64,000 nt of DNA from Rickettsiales bacterium (GCA_964231325.1 CAXRIF010000002.1:5908-69907); one strand, 5' to 3'. Positions 11,414 through 22,526 are shown, counted from the stretch's first letter. Notes: a model not told the origin generated them from the sequence alone. Made by a program: numbers and translations.

Positions 11414-12436
11414 TTTTTTATACACACAGAGCCACTGCTTATGATTAGGATACACTTCCACTTCCTCAAAGCTCAGCTCGGTGAGGCCATTATTGGTGGC
11501 CAGACCTTTCAAATAAATTTCGGAGAAGCGAAACAGCCCGGCATCAGGGTCAAGCTGGAAGCCATCACCTTCCATCATTTCCGCTGTAAATACAAACAAG
11601 CCGCCTGTACGTAACCCACGCGCAATTTCCGCAAAGGTTTGTTGCAGATCCCCCATAAAACTAAACAAGCCGCAGGCAATAATCAGATCATAGGCAGTGT
11701 CAGGGGATTCGGTCAAAAACTCTCGCGCATCCCGCTTAATCAACGCGTTATACACTTTATCCGAGCCATCTTTCAGAGTGATCGCTTTTTGTAGCATGAT
11801 TTCTGAAATATCCACGCCCGTGATTTCCGCTGTGATATCTTTAACCAGCGGGCCGCATAGGCCGGTACCCACCCCAAGGTCCAGCGCAGTATAATCTACG
11901 CGACCTTTGGTCGCATGCTTCCGTATAGCCGCTGCCACCAACGTATGGCCCTGATAGTTGAATTCACCAAGTTGGCTTTCTTCATAGGTTGGGGCAATAC
12001 CTTCAAAATGGTTCAGCGCCAATGTAAGTGGCATACTCTGTGGCATTTCGTCCGGTTTAGCATTTTTCCCACGCGCAATAGCAAACATATAGGCAGCTTC
12101 TTCATAGTCAGGGCGCAGTTTTTTTGCCCTGCTAAATGCAGCAACAGCCATTTTCTTTTGCTCGTCTGCTAAGCTTACAATCCCCAGATAATACCATGCA
12201 TCGGCATTCTGGGGCTGCAACCACGTTACCGCCTTGAAGCGAAAAATCGCATCACTAAAATTACCCTGATTCAGGTGCATAAGGCCAAGGCTATAATTCT
12301 TCTTGGCTACTTCATCGGCTGTACCCAGTTTAGCAGCGATCCCAAACATGAATTTTGCAAACTGTTCGCCATATATTGCAGCATCTTGTTTAAGCGAAGT
12401 AAACCAATCGGTATTTTTTCTGTTCGGATTTTGCAT
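11411..12436 (-). CDS. TPR-repeat SAM-dependent methyltransferase (COG4976-like)
   Basis: N-terminal TPRs; LDLGVGTGLCG, GVDIS, GGLFVFTAE. Confidence 0.85.
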   Translation of the reverse strand: MQNPNRKNTDWFTSLKQDAAIYGEQFAKFMFGIAAKLGTADEVAKKNYSLGLMHLNQGNFSDAIFRFKAVTWLQPQNADAWYYLGIVSLADEQKKMAVAAFSRAKKLRPDYEEAAYMFAIARGKNAKPDEMPQSMPLTLALNHFEGIAPTYEESQLGEFNYQGHTLVAAAIRKHATKGRVDYTALDLGVGTGLCGPLVKDITAEITGVDISEIMLQKAITLKDGSDKVYNALIKRDAREFLTESPDTAYDLIIACGLFSFMGDLQQTFAEIARGLRTGGLFVFTAEMMEGDGFQLDPDAGLFRFSEIYLKGLATNNGLTELSFEEVEVYPNHKQWLCVYKK

Positions 12437-12489
12437 AAGGGGCTATAATCTCCGCACTGTTTTATTAAGCCTATAACACTCACGAAAAA

Positions 12490-13215
12490 ATGGAAACAAA
12501 AACCAGCACTATCGACCCGAAAGAAGTAGAGCAATTCTCGCGTATTGCCGATGAATGGTGGGATCCGCATGGAAAGTTCAAACCGCTGCACGACATCAAT
12601 CCCCTACGTGTGAACTACATCAAAGATAGAATCGAGCAGCATTTTGGCAAATCAGAAGGTCTTTCTTTGGTGGATATTGGCTGTGGAGGCGGGTTGATCG
12701 CTGAGCCCTTTGCCAAGGCCGGCTTTAATGTATCTGCCATTGATGCGTCAGAGAAGAACATCGCCGTTGCCAAGTTGCACGCAGAACAATCGGGCGCGGA
12801 TATTGATTATCAAAGCACATCTGCTGAAGCGCTGGTGGAAACCGGCACGCAATTTGATGTGGTGTTAGCATTAGAAATTATTGAGCATGTAGCAAGCGTA
12901 CCCGCCTTTGTGGAAGCCACTTCCCAGCTGGTAAAACCCGGTGGATTACTTGTCTATTCCACCATCAACCGTACCTTTAAATCCTATGCCTTTGCCATCA
13001 TTGGTGCGGAATATATTTTGCGCATGGTACCACGTGGCACACATGAATGGAGCAAGTTTTTGCGCCCATCTGAGATCGTTCGCGAAATGCAAAAAAACGA
13101 TATTGAACTTTCAGAAATGACCGGCATGGTGCTCAATAAACTCGCATGGAAATGGGAATTAAACCCGCGTGATCTGGATGTGAATTATCTGGTCTGTGGC
13201 AAAAAGCCTATTTAG
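12490..13215 (+). CDS. ubiG: Ubiquinone biosynthesis O-methyltransferase
   Basis: WWDPHGKFKPLHDINPLR, DIGCGGG, GTHEWSKF. Confidence 0.97.
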   Translation: METKTSTIDPKEVEQFSRIADEWWDPHGKFKPLHDINPLRVNYIKDRIEQHFGKSEGLSLVDIGCGGGLIAEPFAKAGFNVSAIDASEKNIAVAKLHAEQSGADIDYQSTSAEALVETGTQFDVVLALEIIEHVASVPAFVEATSQLVKPGGLLVYSTINRTFKSYAFAIIGAEYILRMVPRGTHEWSKFLRPSEIVREMQKNDIELSEMTGMVLNKLAWKWELNPRDLDVNYLVCGKKPI

Positions 13216-13859
13216 AGCTGTGCTTCGTGGATAAAGGTTACCAGCCCCTCACCAACCACCTGCACAGCAATAGCGGCCAACAACACACCCAACAAGCGAG
13301 CCAACACCACCTTCCCTGTAACGCCTAATAGCCGCTCAATAGGCTGCGCCAGAAGAAACACGACATAGCAGCTTGCGATAATGATAAATATGATTCCTAC
13401 CAATGACCCCATATTAATCCAATTATCATTCGCAGATGACGCTTGCACAATAGTGGCTGTAATTGCCCCTGGCCCTGCCATAAGGGGGATTGCCAACGGA
13501 AAGGCTGCAATACTTTTCAAATGATCTTGGGTAATTGCTTTTTCTGCTGTTTCAGCTTTTCTCTCTTGTCTTTTTTCAAACACCATTTCCACAGCGATAG
13601 AAAAAAGCAACAAACCACCGGCAATACGAAAGGCAGGAATCCCTACGCCAAGCGCTTCAAGTACAGCCTTTCCTCCCACTACCGATGCAGCAAGAATACA
13701 AAATGCAATGATTGAGGCACGCAACGCTGTTGCCCGCCGTTCGGCAGCTGTCAGCCCAGTCGTGATGGCAATAAAAATGGTGGCCAACCCCGGGGGATCA
13801 ATGGCCACAAACAGCGTCAGGAAAGCAGTCTTGATGAATTCAATATCTAATAGCTCCAT
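13212..13859 (-). CDS. MarC-family membrane protein
   Basis: DPPG, FRIAGG, PLAIPLMAGPGAI. Confidence 0.95.
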   Translation of the reverse strand: MELLDIEFIKTAFLTLFVAIDPPGLATIFIAITTGLTAAERRATALRASIIAFCILAASVVGGKAVLEALGVGIPAFRIAGGLLLFSIAVEMVFEKRQERKAETAEKAITQDHLKSIAAFPLAIPLMAGPGAITATIVQASSANDNWINMGSLVGIIFIIIASCYVVFLLAQPIERLLGVTGKVVLARLLGVLLAAIAVQVVGEGLVTFIHEAQL

Positions 13860-13862
13860 AGC

Positions 13863-14675
13863 CTATACCTCAAACTCGCGATCATGTTCCAGCGATGGTA
13901 ACTTTGCACGTGCCTGTTTCACCTCGTCCAGATCAATCTCAGCAGTAATAATCTCTGATTCTGTGCCAGCCTCTACCACAATCTTACCCCATGGATCAAC
14001 AATCATAGCATGGCCATAGGTTTTGCGTCCCCCTTGGTGGGTTCCGCATTGCGCCGGGGCGATCACAAAACATCCATTTTCAATCGCACGCGCACGCAGG
14101 AACACATGCCAGTGCGCTTCACCCGTTACCTGTGTAAAGGCAGCAGGTACCGCCAATATTTCAGCACCGGCTTTTGCCAATGCGCGATATAAATGCGGGA
14201 ACCGCACATCATAACACACGCTCATGCCAAGTTTTGCCCATGGTGTATCGGCCACCACAGCGCGCGCACCAGACAGATAAGTCTTGGACTCACGGTAAGA
14301 CTGCCCATCTCCAACTTCCACATCAAACAGATGGATTTTGTCGTAATGAGCAACTTCGTTGCCCTTATCATCAAATAATATAGAACGGTTCACTGTTTTG
14401 CCGCTGTCATCAATAGTCACCGCTACCGACCCAGCCAGCAGCCATACACTGTATTTGCGTGCCATCTCGGCAGATGCTTTTACTGCCGGGTGCGTATCTT
14501 GTGTATAAAGGTCACGCGCGCCGCCGGGCTGGTCGATATAAAACGCCATCTCGGGAAGTGCAATCAGTTCTGCTCCCGTTTCAGCCGCACGCGCTAGCTG
14601 CGTCTCTATGGTTGCAATATTATCCTGAATATCGCCACTACTATTAAGCTGAATACACGCAATTTTTAATTTCAT
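13863..14675 (-). CDS. Carbon-nitrogen hydrolase (Nit1/deaminated glutathione amidase-like)
   Basis: LPE, YDKIHLFD, CYDVRFP catalytic triad motifs. Confidence 0.95.
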   Translation of the reverse strand: MKLKIACIQLNSSGDIQDNIATIETQLARAAETGAELIALPEMAFYIDQPGGARDLYTQDTHPAVKASAEMARKYSVWLLAGSVAVTIDDSGKTVNRSILFDDKGNEVAHYDKIHLFDVEVGDGQSYRESKTYLSGARAVVADTPWAKLGMSVCYDVRFPHLYRALAKAGAEILAVPAAFTQVTGEAHWHVFLRARAIENGCFVIAPAQCGTHQGGRKTYGHAMIVDPWGKIVVEAGTESEIITAEIDLDEVKQARAKLPSLEHDREFEV

Positions 14676-14774
14676 ATCAATACCTTACTATATATACTGG
14701 TCATTATGCCGATTGTAGGGCATTTTATCAAACCTAAATGGTTTTTTTATAACTATCTCTGTATTATCAGTCAC

Positions 14775-15953
14775 ATGCGTTATCTATACCATATTATTCT
14801 ATTCGTTGCCGCCCTTGCCTATCCCGCCACTCACCTGTTTGCTATGGAGACGCCTCCATCTGAGATTGCACAGGCTGAAGCCCCAAATATCGCCAAGGAA
14901 GTTGCCCCTGTTTATGTAGCGCTTAAAAAGCTGCGTTCGCACTATGAAGAGATCGCCAAGGAAGGTGGCTGGCCACACTTTAATGCAACTCGGGGAAAAA
15001 TAGAACCGGGCGCACGTGACGCTCGCATTAAGACCGTTCGTGAAATCCTCTCTGTGATGGGAGACTACAGAAACGACGACGTAGTCGAACCAGATCATTA
15101 TGATGGTGTGCTCGAGCAGGCCGTCATGCAATTTCAGCTTCGACACGGGCTTGAGCAAGACGGCGTCATTGGTCGCGGCACACAAAAAGCACTCAGTGTT
15201 CCCGTACAAACCAGAATCGCACAGATTGATGCCACCTTAAAGCGCATGGAATCATTTCTGCCTACCAGCGACCGTTTTATTGTAGTCAACCTGCCGGAAT
15301 ATATGTTGCGTGCATACGAACATGGCCAGCAAGTACTCGATATGCGTGTAATTGTGGGAGACAAAAAGAACCCTACTCCACGTTTTGATAACGAAATCTC
15401 CTATGTCAGTTTCAACCCGCCATGGGGTGTGCCTACGCGTATTGCCACCGAGGAGTTGCTGCCCAAGATCATCGAAGATCCAAACTACATCGCCGATCAT
15501 GGTTATAAGGTGTATTACATGCGCGGCGAAGGCAGCCCGGAAGTAAACCCGGATGATGTGCCATGGGAGCACCTGAACACGGACGTCAAAAAATTCCCTT
15601 ATTTCTTACGTCAGCAAAATAGTGCTTCTAGTGCATTAGGAAAAATAAAATTCGGCATGACAAATTCCGATCACATCTACCTACACGACACGCCTACACG
15701 TCACCTATTCAAACGCGACTATCGTGCCCTTAGCCATGGTTGCGTGCGTGTGGAAAAACCACGCGAGCTGGCGCATCTGATTTTCAAAACCGCAGAAGAT
15801 TATGACCCTGAAACGCTCAATCAGCGTTACGATGGCGATAAAGCCAGAATCATGAAGGTAGAGCCACTACCAGTACATCTCGTCTACTGGACAGCACGCG
15901 CCGATGCGAATGGCACCGCCTATTTCAGCGAAGATATTTATACACTCGATTAA
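14775..15953 (+). CDS. L,D-transpeptidase YcbB/LdtD-like
   Basis: PG-binding domain FQLRHGLEQDGVIG; IYLHDTP...SHGCVRV; signal peptide from ATG 14775. Confidence 0.93.
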   Translation: MRYLYHIILFVAALAYPATHLFAMETPPSEIAQAEAPNIAKEVAPVYVALKKLRSHYEEIAKEGGWPHFNATRGKIEPGARDARIKTVREILSVMGDYRNDDVVEPDHYDGVLEQAVMQFQLRHGLEQDGVIGRGTQKALSVPVQTRIAQIDATLKRMESFLPTSDRFIVVNLPEYMLRAYEHGQQVLDMRVIVGDKKNPTPRFDNEISYVSFNPPWGVPTRIATEELLPKIIEDPNYIADHGYKVYYMRGEGSPEVNPDDVPWEHLNTDVKKFPYFLRQQNSASSALGKIKFGMTNSDHIYLHDTPTRHLFKRDYRALSHGCVRVEKPRELAHLIFKTAEDYDPETLNQRYDGDKARIMKVEPLPVHLVYWTARADANGTAYFSEDIYTLD

Positions 15954-16004
15954 TGCCCTACTCCAACCATCATCTCTTTATTTTTCGCTAGACCGAGGTG
16001 GTTC

Positions 16005-16123
16005 AATTTCTTTCCTTTGTGTCAAATGCGCAGCGGCTACGAGAACCGCAGCGCAGCGTAGTAATACTACGTGAGCACCGGAAGCGCAGAAGCCGCAAGT
16101 AAGTTGATCAAAGGAAAGGAATT
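16005..16123 (+). repeat. RPE-like palindromic element, copy C
   Basis: Arms AATTTCTTTCCTTTGTGTCAA / TTGATCAAAGGAAAGGAATT; core close to copy A. Confidence 0.85.
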
Positions 16124-16125
16124 AA

Positions 16126-16707
16126 TTAGCCCCAGGTACGTTCGGGGCCAGTGTCTAGATGAAGGAAATCCGCACCGCGATAAATACCCACACCACCTGC
16201 GTGCATCTCAACAGCAGCACTACGTAGTGTTTGCAGGTCAACATCCGTCAGGCGAATATCAATGGCCTGACCTTTCAGGTGGAAACTTTTTTTCGCCACA
16301 TTGCGCGAACGACGGCGCAACATGCGGTTTGTTTCTGGCGAGCGATAGCCAGAAATAATTTCGAACGTACCTTCAGAGCCCAACGTACGCTGCAACGCGA
16401 TCATTTGATCGAGCAGCTTGGGGTCCATGTTTTTTTCTTGGTTATTGCGGTGGTCGCGCAACAGATAATTTGCTCTTTCCAAACCTTCCGGCACATAGTC
16501 ACCACCTGCAAAATAGGTAATGTCCATTTTTTCACCAGTGTGTGTATGTGAAAAACGAAGTTTGCGCACTTCGTTCCACGGAAGCACTTCCTCTGCAAAT
16601 GCAGGTTTTTTAGGGAGTACTAAGGTGGCAGCAGCGCCCGCAATCCCGGTTAATACCTGGCGGCGAGAAAGCAAAAGAGGCGAGCTGGGCGAGTTATTGT
16701 CCATCAT
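16126..16707 (-). CDS. YcbK/MepK-like peptidase M15 (DUF882), Tat-exported
   Basis: SRRQVL Tat motif; SGYRSPETN, HLKGQAID, HLDTG. Confidence 0.93.
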   Translation of the reverse strand: MMDNNSPSSPLLLSRRQVLTGIAGAAATLVLPKKPAFAEEVLPWNEVRKLRFSHTHTGEKMDITYFAGGDYVPEGLERANYLLRDHRNNQEKNMDPKLLDQMIALQRTLGSEGTFEIISGYRSPETNRMLRRRSRNVAKKSFHLKGQAIDIRLTDVDLQTLRSAAVEMHAGGVGIYRGADFLHLDTGPERTWG

Positions 16708-16814
16708 TTTTCCACGTTAACATTATTATTTTTGCCTTGCAACAGTAGGTTATTGAAGCATTTTTATGTAAAATTTATATTAAACTGATGTTGCATTGAT
16801 GTCACAAGACAACA

Positions 16815-18635
16815 CTAAGCCGCCTCACCTTTATTCTTTTCTTCTTCCTCTGCCAGCAGCTGTTTGGCTTTGGGGCTCAGTTGCAGGCTAAGTTCGCGAA
16901 GTTGTTTTTCATCGGCTGTGTTCGGTGCCTGCATCAGCAAGTCTTCCGCTTTTTGGTTCATTGGGAAGGCGATCACTTCGCGAATGTTTGGCTCATCAGC
17001 CAGCAGCATCACGATACGGTCAACGCCCGGAGCCAGCCCTCCATGCGGAGGTGCACCGAATTTAAAGGCGGTGATCATGCCGCCAAATTTCTGGTCGACC
17101 ACTTCAGGGCCATAGCCTGCAATCTCGAACGCCTTATACATGATGTCTGGTTTGTGGTTACGAATCGCGCCAGACGAAAGCTCCACACCATTACACACAA
17201 TGTCATACTGATAGGCCAGAATCTCGAGCGGGTCTTTATTCAGCAACGCATCCATCTCGCCTTGCGGCATAGAGAATGGGTTGTGGCTGAAGATGATTTT
17301 CTTTTCGTCTTCATCATATTCGAAATACGGGAAGTCGATCACCCAGCAGAATTTGAACACGCCTTCTTCAAGCAGGTTCAGTTCAGTTCCTAAGTGATTA
17401 CGCACTGCGCCTGCCAGTTTGGCGGCTTCGAGTTCCGAACCGCTGGAGAAGAACACCGCATCGCCCGGTTTCAGTCCGGCTTGCTGTTTCAGCTCTGCAA
17501 TTTTTTCTTCGCTCAGGAATTTCGCGATCGGCCCCTTAGGTTCATCGTTCGCATCAAAACCAATATAGGCAAGGCCTTTTGCGCCATGCTCCTTGGCAAA
17601 TTCGATCATGTTGTCAAAGAAGCTGCGCGGCTTATCAGCACATCCCGGCGCAGGAATCGCACGCACCGTGCCACCACCTTCAATCACTTTGTTGAAAATA
17701 CCAAAGCCGGAACCGCGCCATACTTCTGTTGCATCCACGATGATGATCGGGTTGCGCAGGTCGGGTTTGTCGGAGCCGTATTTCAGCATCGCCTCTTTAT
17801 AGGTGATGCGCGGGAAAGGCGCTTTGGTCACCTCTTTATCGCCGAACTCGTTGAACACACCTTCGAGCACCGGCTCGATAGCAGCAAACACGTCTTCTTG
17901 TGTTACATAGCTCATCTCCATATCGAGCTGATAGAATTCGCCGGGTGAACGATCCGCACGCGCATCTTCATCACGGAAGCACGGCGCAATCTGGAAATAT
18001 TTGTCAAAGCCAGAGACCATCAGCAGCTGTTTGAATTGCTGTGGCGCTTGCGGCAGCGCATAGAACTTACCGGGATGCACACGGCTTGGCACCAGATAAT
18101 CGCGCGCACCTTCCGGCGAGCTCGCGGTCAGAATCGGGGTTTGAAATTCGTTGAAGCCCTGCTCGGTCATACGGCGGCGAAGGCTGGCGATCACTTGCGA
18201 GCGCAACACGATATTACGGTGAATTTTTTCACAACGCAGATCGAGGAAGCGATATTTCAGGCGTGTATCTTCCGGCTGTTCGCGCTCGGTGTTCACTTGC
18301 AACGGCAGCGGTGCCGCTTTCGATTCCAGTTTATACTCTTCAACCAGCACCTCAATCTCACCGGTGGGCAGATCTTTATTCACGGTTTCCGCACTACGTG
18401 CCAGCACCTTACCTGTAATCGTGACTACGCTTTCCAGCGGCACGTGCGATAGCGCGTCCAGATGTTCGCCTTCTTCGTTAATCACCAACTGGGTGATACC
18501 GTAATGGTCGCGCAGATCGACAAATAGCAGGTTGCCGTGGTCACGACGGCGGTGAATCCAACCAGAAAGCTTCACGGATTGCTCAACCTGGCTGGCGTTG
18601 AGTTCATTACAAGTGTGCGTGCGATAGGCGTGCAT
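16815..18635 (-). CDS. aspS: Aspartyl-tRNA synthetase
   Basis: [21 protein letters not shown]. Confidence 0.99.
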   Translation of the reverse strand: MHAYRTHTCNELNASQVEQSVKLSGWIHRRRDHGNLLFVDLRDHYGITQLVINEEGEHLDALSHVPLESVVTITGKVLARSAETVNKDLPTGEIEVLVEEYKLESKAAPLPLQVNTEREQPEDTRLKYRFLDLRCEKIHRNIVLRSQVIASLRRRMTEQGFNEFQTPILTASSPEGARDYLVPSRVHPGKFYALPQAPQQFKQLLMVSGFDKYFQIAPCFRDEDARADRSPGEFYQLDMEMSYVTQEDVFAAIEPVLEGVFNEFGDKEVTKAPFPRITYKEAMLKYGSDKPDLRNPIIIVDATEVWRGSGFGIFNKVIEGGGTVRAIPAPGCADKPRSFFDNMIEFAKEHGAKGLAYIGFDANDEPKGPIAKFLSEEKIAELKQQAGLKPGDAVFFSSGSELEAAKLAGAVRNHLGTELNLLEEGVFKFCWVIDFPYFEYDEDEKKIIFSHNPFSMPQGEMDALLNKDPLEILAYQYDIVCNGVELSSGAIRNHKPDIMYKAFEIAGYGPEVVDQKFGGMITAFKFGAPPHGGLAPGVDRIVMLLADEPNIREVIAFPMNQKAEDLLMQAPNTADEKQLRELSLQLSPKAKQLLAEEEEKNKGEAA

Positions 18636-18894
18636 AGGGCTATATCCAATGATTGATTGAGAGATGGTGGTATAGTGGATGAAAGCTGATTTGCCAAGGC
18701 CTTAGCCATCTTTTTCACAGATTTATAGGCTCTCCGCTATACCATCTCCCCCGCTACTCAATAAATACCTTAGAAATCATGCGGATATTACAAAGGTCGC
18801 CTTGATCAATATTGTCCAAAATATCCATAGCCTTTCTGGCTGACTATGCTTTTATAGCAGCCATACTGAATCTCAACCTCTATTACCTTATATT

Positions 18895-20052
18895 ATGTCC
18901 CCTACGCTCATAACCACCCAGTCCAAACTCGTCTCCTTTTGCAAGCAAGTGGAAAGTGGCGAATACATCACGGTGGACACAGAGTTCATCCGAGACAAAA
19001 CCTACTATCCGAGATTATGCTTGGTGCAGATTGCAGGCAGCGATGCAGCGGCGGCAATTGATCCCCTCTCCAAAGACATTGACCTGTCGCCTGTCTTTGC
19101 ATTGCTTACAAAAAAAACACTCGTCAAAGTGTTTCATGCCTGCCGTCAGGATATCGAGATTTTCTACCAGCTCGCCAATGCCATTCCTTTCCCCGTATTT
19201 GATACGCAGGTTGCTGCGGCCGTATGTGGTCATGGCGATTCCGTTGGATATGAAATGCTGGTGAATAAGATTGTTGGAAAGCAGATCGATAAAAGCTCGC
19301 GCTTTACTGATTGGTCACAGCGCCCACTCACCGATAAGCAGCTCGCTTATGCACTATCGGATGTCACCCATCTGCGTGTTATTTACGAAGAACTAAAAAG
19401 CAAAATCGAAGAAGCAGATCGCATGTCGTGGATCGAAGAAGAACACGCGTTTCTCACCGACCCCAAGCTCTATGACCCTGATCCGCAAGATTCATGGAAA
19501 CGTTTGCGTTATGGCAATATGCGCCCGAAACATCTGGCCATCTTGCGTGAGCTAGCCGCATGGCGCGAGATGGAAGCACGCAAAGCAAATATACCCCGGG
19601 GACGTATAATAAGAGACGACGTGCTAGTTGAGCTTGCCTCCAGTGCGCCGAAGAAAGAGGCGGACATTACTCGCCTGCGCAGTTTGTCTGGCGGGTTAGG
19701 AAAAAGCAAAACTGAAGCAGTGCTCAACATCGTAGAAAAAGCACTGGCACTTCCCGCCTCCGAACATCCGCAAACCGCCAAGCGTCGCAAACCATCAGAA
19801 AATGTGGTGAGCGCGATTGCTATGTTACAACTGCTTTTAAAAGTTAGTGCCGATCAGCATGGCATCGCCGCCAGCATGATCGCAGGTAAATCTGACCTTG
19901 AAGCCATCGCGCTAGGTCACAATGACACTCCTGCACTCTCCGGTTGGCGACGCGATATCTTTGGAAAGCAGGCAGAGTTGCTTATGCAAGGAAAACTCAA
20001 ACTGTCGCTGGATGCAAAAAGCAAACGCGTGCTGTTCGAAGAAGTTAAATAG
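18895..20052 (+). CDS. rnd: Ribonuclease D
   Basis: VDTEFIR, FDTQ, DWSQRPL, HRDC domain; divergent from aspS as in other Alphaproteobacteria. Confidence 0.97.
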   Translation: MSPTLITTQSKLVSFCKQVESGEYITVDTEFIRDKTYYPRLCLVQIAGSDAAAAIDPLSKDIDLSPVFALLTKKTLVKVFHACRQDIEIFYQLANAIPFPVFDTQVAAAVCGHGDSVGYEMLVNKIVGKQIDKSSRFTDWSQRPLTDKQLAYALSDVTHLRVIYEELKSKIEEADRMSWIEEEHAFLTDPKLYDPDPQDSWKRLRYGNMRPKHLAILRELAAWREMEARKANIPRGRIIRDDVLVELASSAPKKEADITRLRSLSGGLGKSKTEAVLNIVEKALALPASEHPQTAKRRKPSENVVSAIAMLQLLLKVSADQHGIAASMIAGKSDLEAIALGHNDTPALSGWRRDIFGKQAELLMQGKLKLSLDAKSKRVLFEEVK

Positions 20053-20176
20053 CCCCGCCAGATATTGCGAATGATTCTTAATTACCTTGACATCCTCTTT
20101 CCGCGGATGTAGGCCGTTGTACAGACAACCGAGAATGAATCTCACCTTTAGAACTTAAACAACGAGGATATCCTTG

Positions 20177-21400
20177 ATGACCAAATCAATCGCTCTCGCA
20201 TTGGTATTGTCCACCACCTTTGCATCGCTTTCATACGCCGCCGAGAAAAATGCTTACACACAGACTAATTTTGTGGCCAATAAAGCAAGCTATAAGCCAA
20301 CACTTGCTGTTGAGTCTGGTTTTATCAATGCGTGGGGCATCACCAACCGGCCAGCCGGTGCGGGCGGGCATTTCTGGATCACCGCCAAAGATATCAGCTT
20401 CGAATATGTGGGCGATGTCCATGCCTCACCTACTGAGAAGCTGCGTACGTTACATACGGATAATTTGAAATATGTGAAGCTACCTATTGGTGGCGAGGAT
20501 AATTTTGCAACCGGCCAGGTGTTTGTAGGCCCAACTGAACATTTCGTCATCACTCAAGAAATCGAAGGCGTAGAACCGATCACCGCACCAGCAAAATTTA
20601 TTTTTGCCAGCGATGGCGGCATTATTTCAGCATGGACAGAGCGCAAAAAAGCGGACGGCACATTTGACCGCGCGCCAGATGCGGTAACCGTGATCGACGA
20701 ATCTAAAAATGGCGTTCAATATTTTGGGCTCGCTATCAGCCATGATTTCAGCAAGCTTTATGCGGCAGACTTTGGCGAAAAACCTTCTATCATTACTTAT
20801 GATGGTACGTTCCAAAAAACGGATATGGCCTTTGATATGCCGTTTGATGAAAATAAAAACGGGATGGTGGATCCGGGTGAATATGCACCATTCAATATTC
20901 AGGGCCTAACCACACCTGCAGGTGCGCATCATCTGTTTGTCGCTTATGCCAAAACGCAAGCTTGCCCAGCCGAAGAAGTAAAAGCGGGCAACTGTAAAGA
21001 GGGAGAGTTATTCGTGGGTGAAGAAGACACCGAAACACCTGGTTCTGGCCGCGTAGCGGAGTTCACCGAAGATGGCAAGCTGGTCAAAATCTGGAAAGAT
21101 GGTGGCAAGTTGTCTGCCCCGTGGGGCTTCGCTTTTGCTCCAGCTGATTTTGGAGCATTATCAAACACGTTGCTGGTCACCAATTTTGGTGATGGCACCA
21201 TTGCAGGCTACAACCCAGAGACCACAGAGTTCGTGGATGTAATGCGCGGGGAAGATGGCAAACCTATAGTGATTGATCAAATCTGGGGCATCATCTTTGG
21301 TAATGGACACAGCCTTGGCGATAGCAACGCGCTGTATTTCGCAGCCGGTCCGGAAGACGAAGTGGACGGCCTGTTTGGCAGTTTGCGGGTCGCGAAGTAA
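20177..21400 (+). CDS. TIGR03118-family secreted protein
   Basis: Signal peptide; NAWG, YAPFNIQ, LSAPWG, NFGDGTI, LYFAAGPEDEVDGLFG. Confidence 0.85.
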   Translation: MTKSIALALVLSTTFASLSYAAEKNAYTQTNFVANKASYKPTLAVESGFINAWGITNRPAGAGGHFWITAKDISFEYVGDVHASPTEKLRTLHTDNLKYVKLPIGGEDNFATGQVFVGPTEHFVITQEIEGVEPITAPAKFIFASDGGIISAWTERKKADGTFDRAPDAVTVIDESKNGVQYFGLAISHDFSKLYAADFGEKPSIITYDGTFQKTDMAFDMPFDENKNGMVDPGEYAPFNIQGLTTPAGAHHLFVAYAKTQACPAEEVKAGNCKEGELFVGEEDTETPGSGRVAEFTEDGKLVKIWKDGGKLSAPWGFAFAPADFGALSNTLLVTNFGDGTIAGYNPETTEFVDVMRGEDGKPIVIDQIWGIIFGNGHSLGDSNALYFAAGPEDEVDGLFGSLRVAK

Positions 21401-21411
21401 AAACCAGAAGG

Positions 21412-22434
21412 TCAGGCCCTACTGACGTCTGACCTTTCTTTATTGTACGCCTCTATTCTCTCAATTAGCTGAGATACAACCTGCTTACCCCCCATAAGCT
21501 CACCTCTGGCCATGCCTAGCAGGTCTTTCTTTGCTTTCGTTATTTGGTGAGGCTCACCTTCCGGGCTGGGAAACAAGTCGCCTTTTTCATCAACAATCCC
21601 CAGCTGCCTTAACCTTCCCTCATCAATTCCATTATCTATCTTCGGCTGTATGCCAAGACGTGTCACCGTGGACGATGGCAAGGCACTTCCATTGGATGCG
21701 CTCTCGGCTTTCGCTGCTGTTGCAGCATTCTGAGAGCGAATCTCTTTCGCATAGTCCAAGAGTCTGGCCAGCCCCGGCCCTTCAAACCCTTCTTCGACAT
21801 AGTCGTAAAGCGCCTTTCGCTTTCTGTTCATTGGCACATCATCCACAGCTACGAAGTTTCCAGCCTCATCAACAATCCCCAACTCTTTCAATGTGGATTC
21901 CGTAATTTTTCCCAATACTGGTTTTGCAGCCCTCCGCACTGGAGCTTGCTGTGTGACAGGGGGTCTGGGCTTTGCGGACACAGTAGCACGAGGACGTACT
22001 ACCTGTGATGGGGCTAGAGGATACTTATCGTTATACACATCAAATAACCCTTTTCTAAGTTCCTGGCTTAACCCCAACGTTACAGCTATATCGCTTCTTT
22101 GGCTTGGTGAAAGGCGCCTATAGTGTTTACTACTATCCAGCCAATGCTCAGATTCTGGATTGGGTTCACGTGCTCCATCTTCTTTAATAAGCAATTTTCC
22201 ATCTGTTTTCTTACAGCCGCCAGCTTTTTTATACATGGCGGCTAAAAACTGCACTGCCTCATAAGCCAGATCGCTATCGGGTGGATAGGAACCGCTAGCC
22301 AACTCTTCAAGCACCATGCGCTGTATTTTAGAATTCACTCCTCTTTGCGCACTGGAGATGCGCCCAGCAGAAATTTTTTCTTCTTCCATGCGCGTCTCTA
22401 GTACTTCCGTCAAAAACCCCATAATTCTAGGCAT
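21412..22434 (-). CDS. Orphan protein with internal duplicated domain, candidate effector
   Basis: 340-aa ORF, no recognised family; two LGIVDE repeats. Confidence 0.75.
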   Translation of the reverse strand: MPRIMGFLTEVLETRMEEEKISAGRISSAQRGVNSKIQRMVLEELASGSYPPDSDLAYEAVQFLAAMYKKAGGCKKTDGKLLIKEDGAREPNPESEHWLDSSKHYRRLSPSQRSDIAVTLGLSQELRKGLFDVYNDKYPLAPSQVVRPRATVSAKPRPPVTQQAPVRRAAKPVLGKITESTLKELGIVDEAGNFVAVDDVPMNRKRKALYDYVEEGFEGPGLARLLDYAKEIRSQNAATAAKAESASNGSALPSSTVTRLGIQPKIDNGIDEGRLRQLGIVDEKGDLFPSPEGEPHQITKAKKDLLGMARGELMGGKQVVSQLIERIEAYNKERSDVSRA

Positions 22435-22526
22435 CCATCCATTGTTACAGTGAAAGAGCAGCCACTATAACCCATCCAAATATTAATTTATATTAAGAAT
22501 GCATTACATGTTTAACTTATTGCTTT

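Noticed and set aside
16071-16358. Small ORFs starting within palindromic elements (also 56788-57022)
   Set aside because: Overlap real genes antisense and derive from repeat sequence
18661-18748. Long inverted repeat between aspS and rnd
   Set aside because: Largely explained by two divergent sigma70-type promoters sharing CTATAC -10 elements
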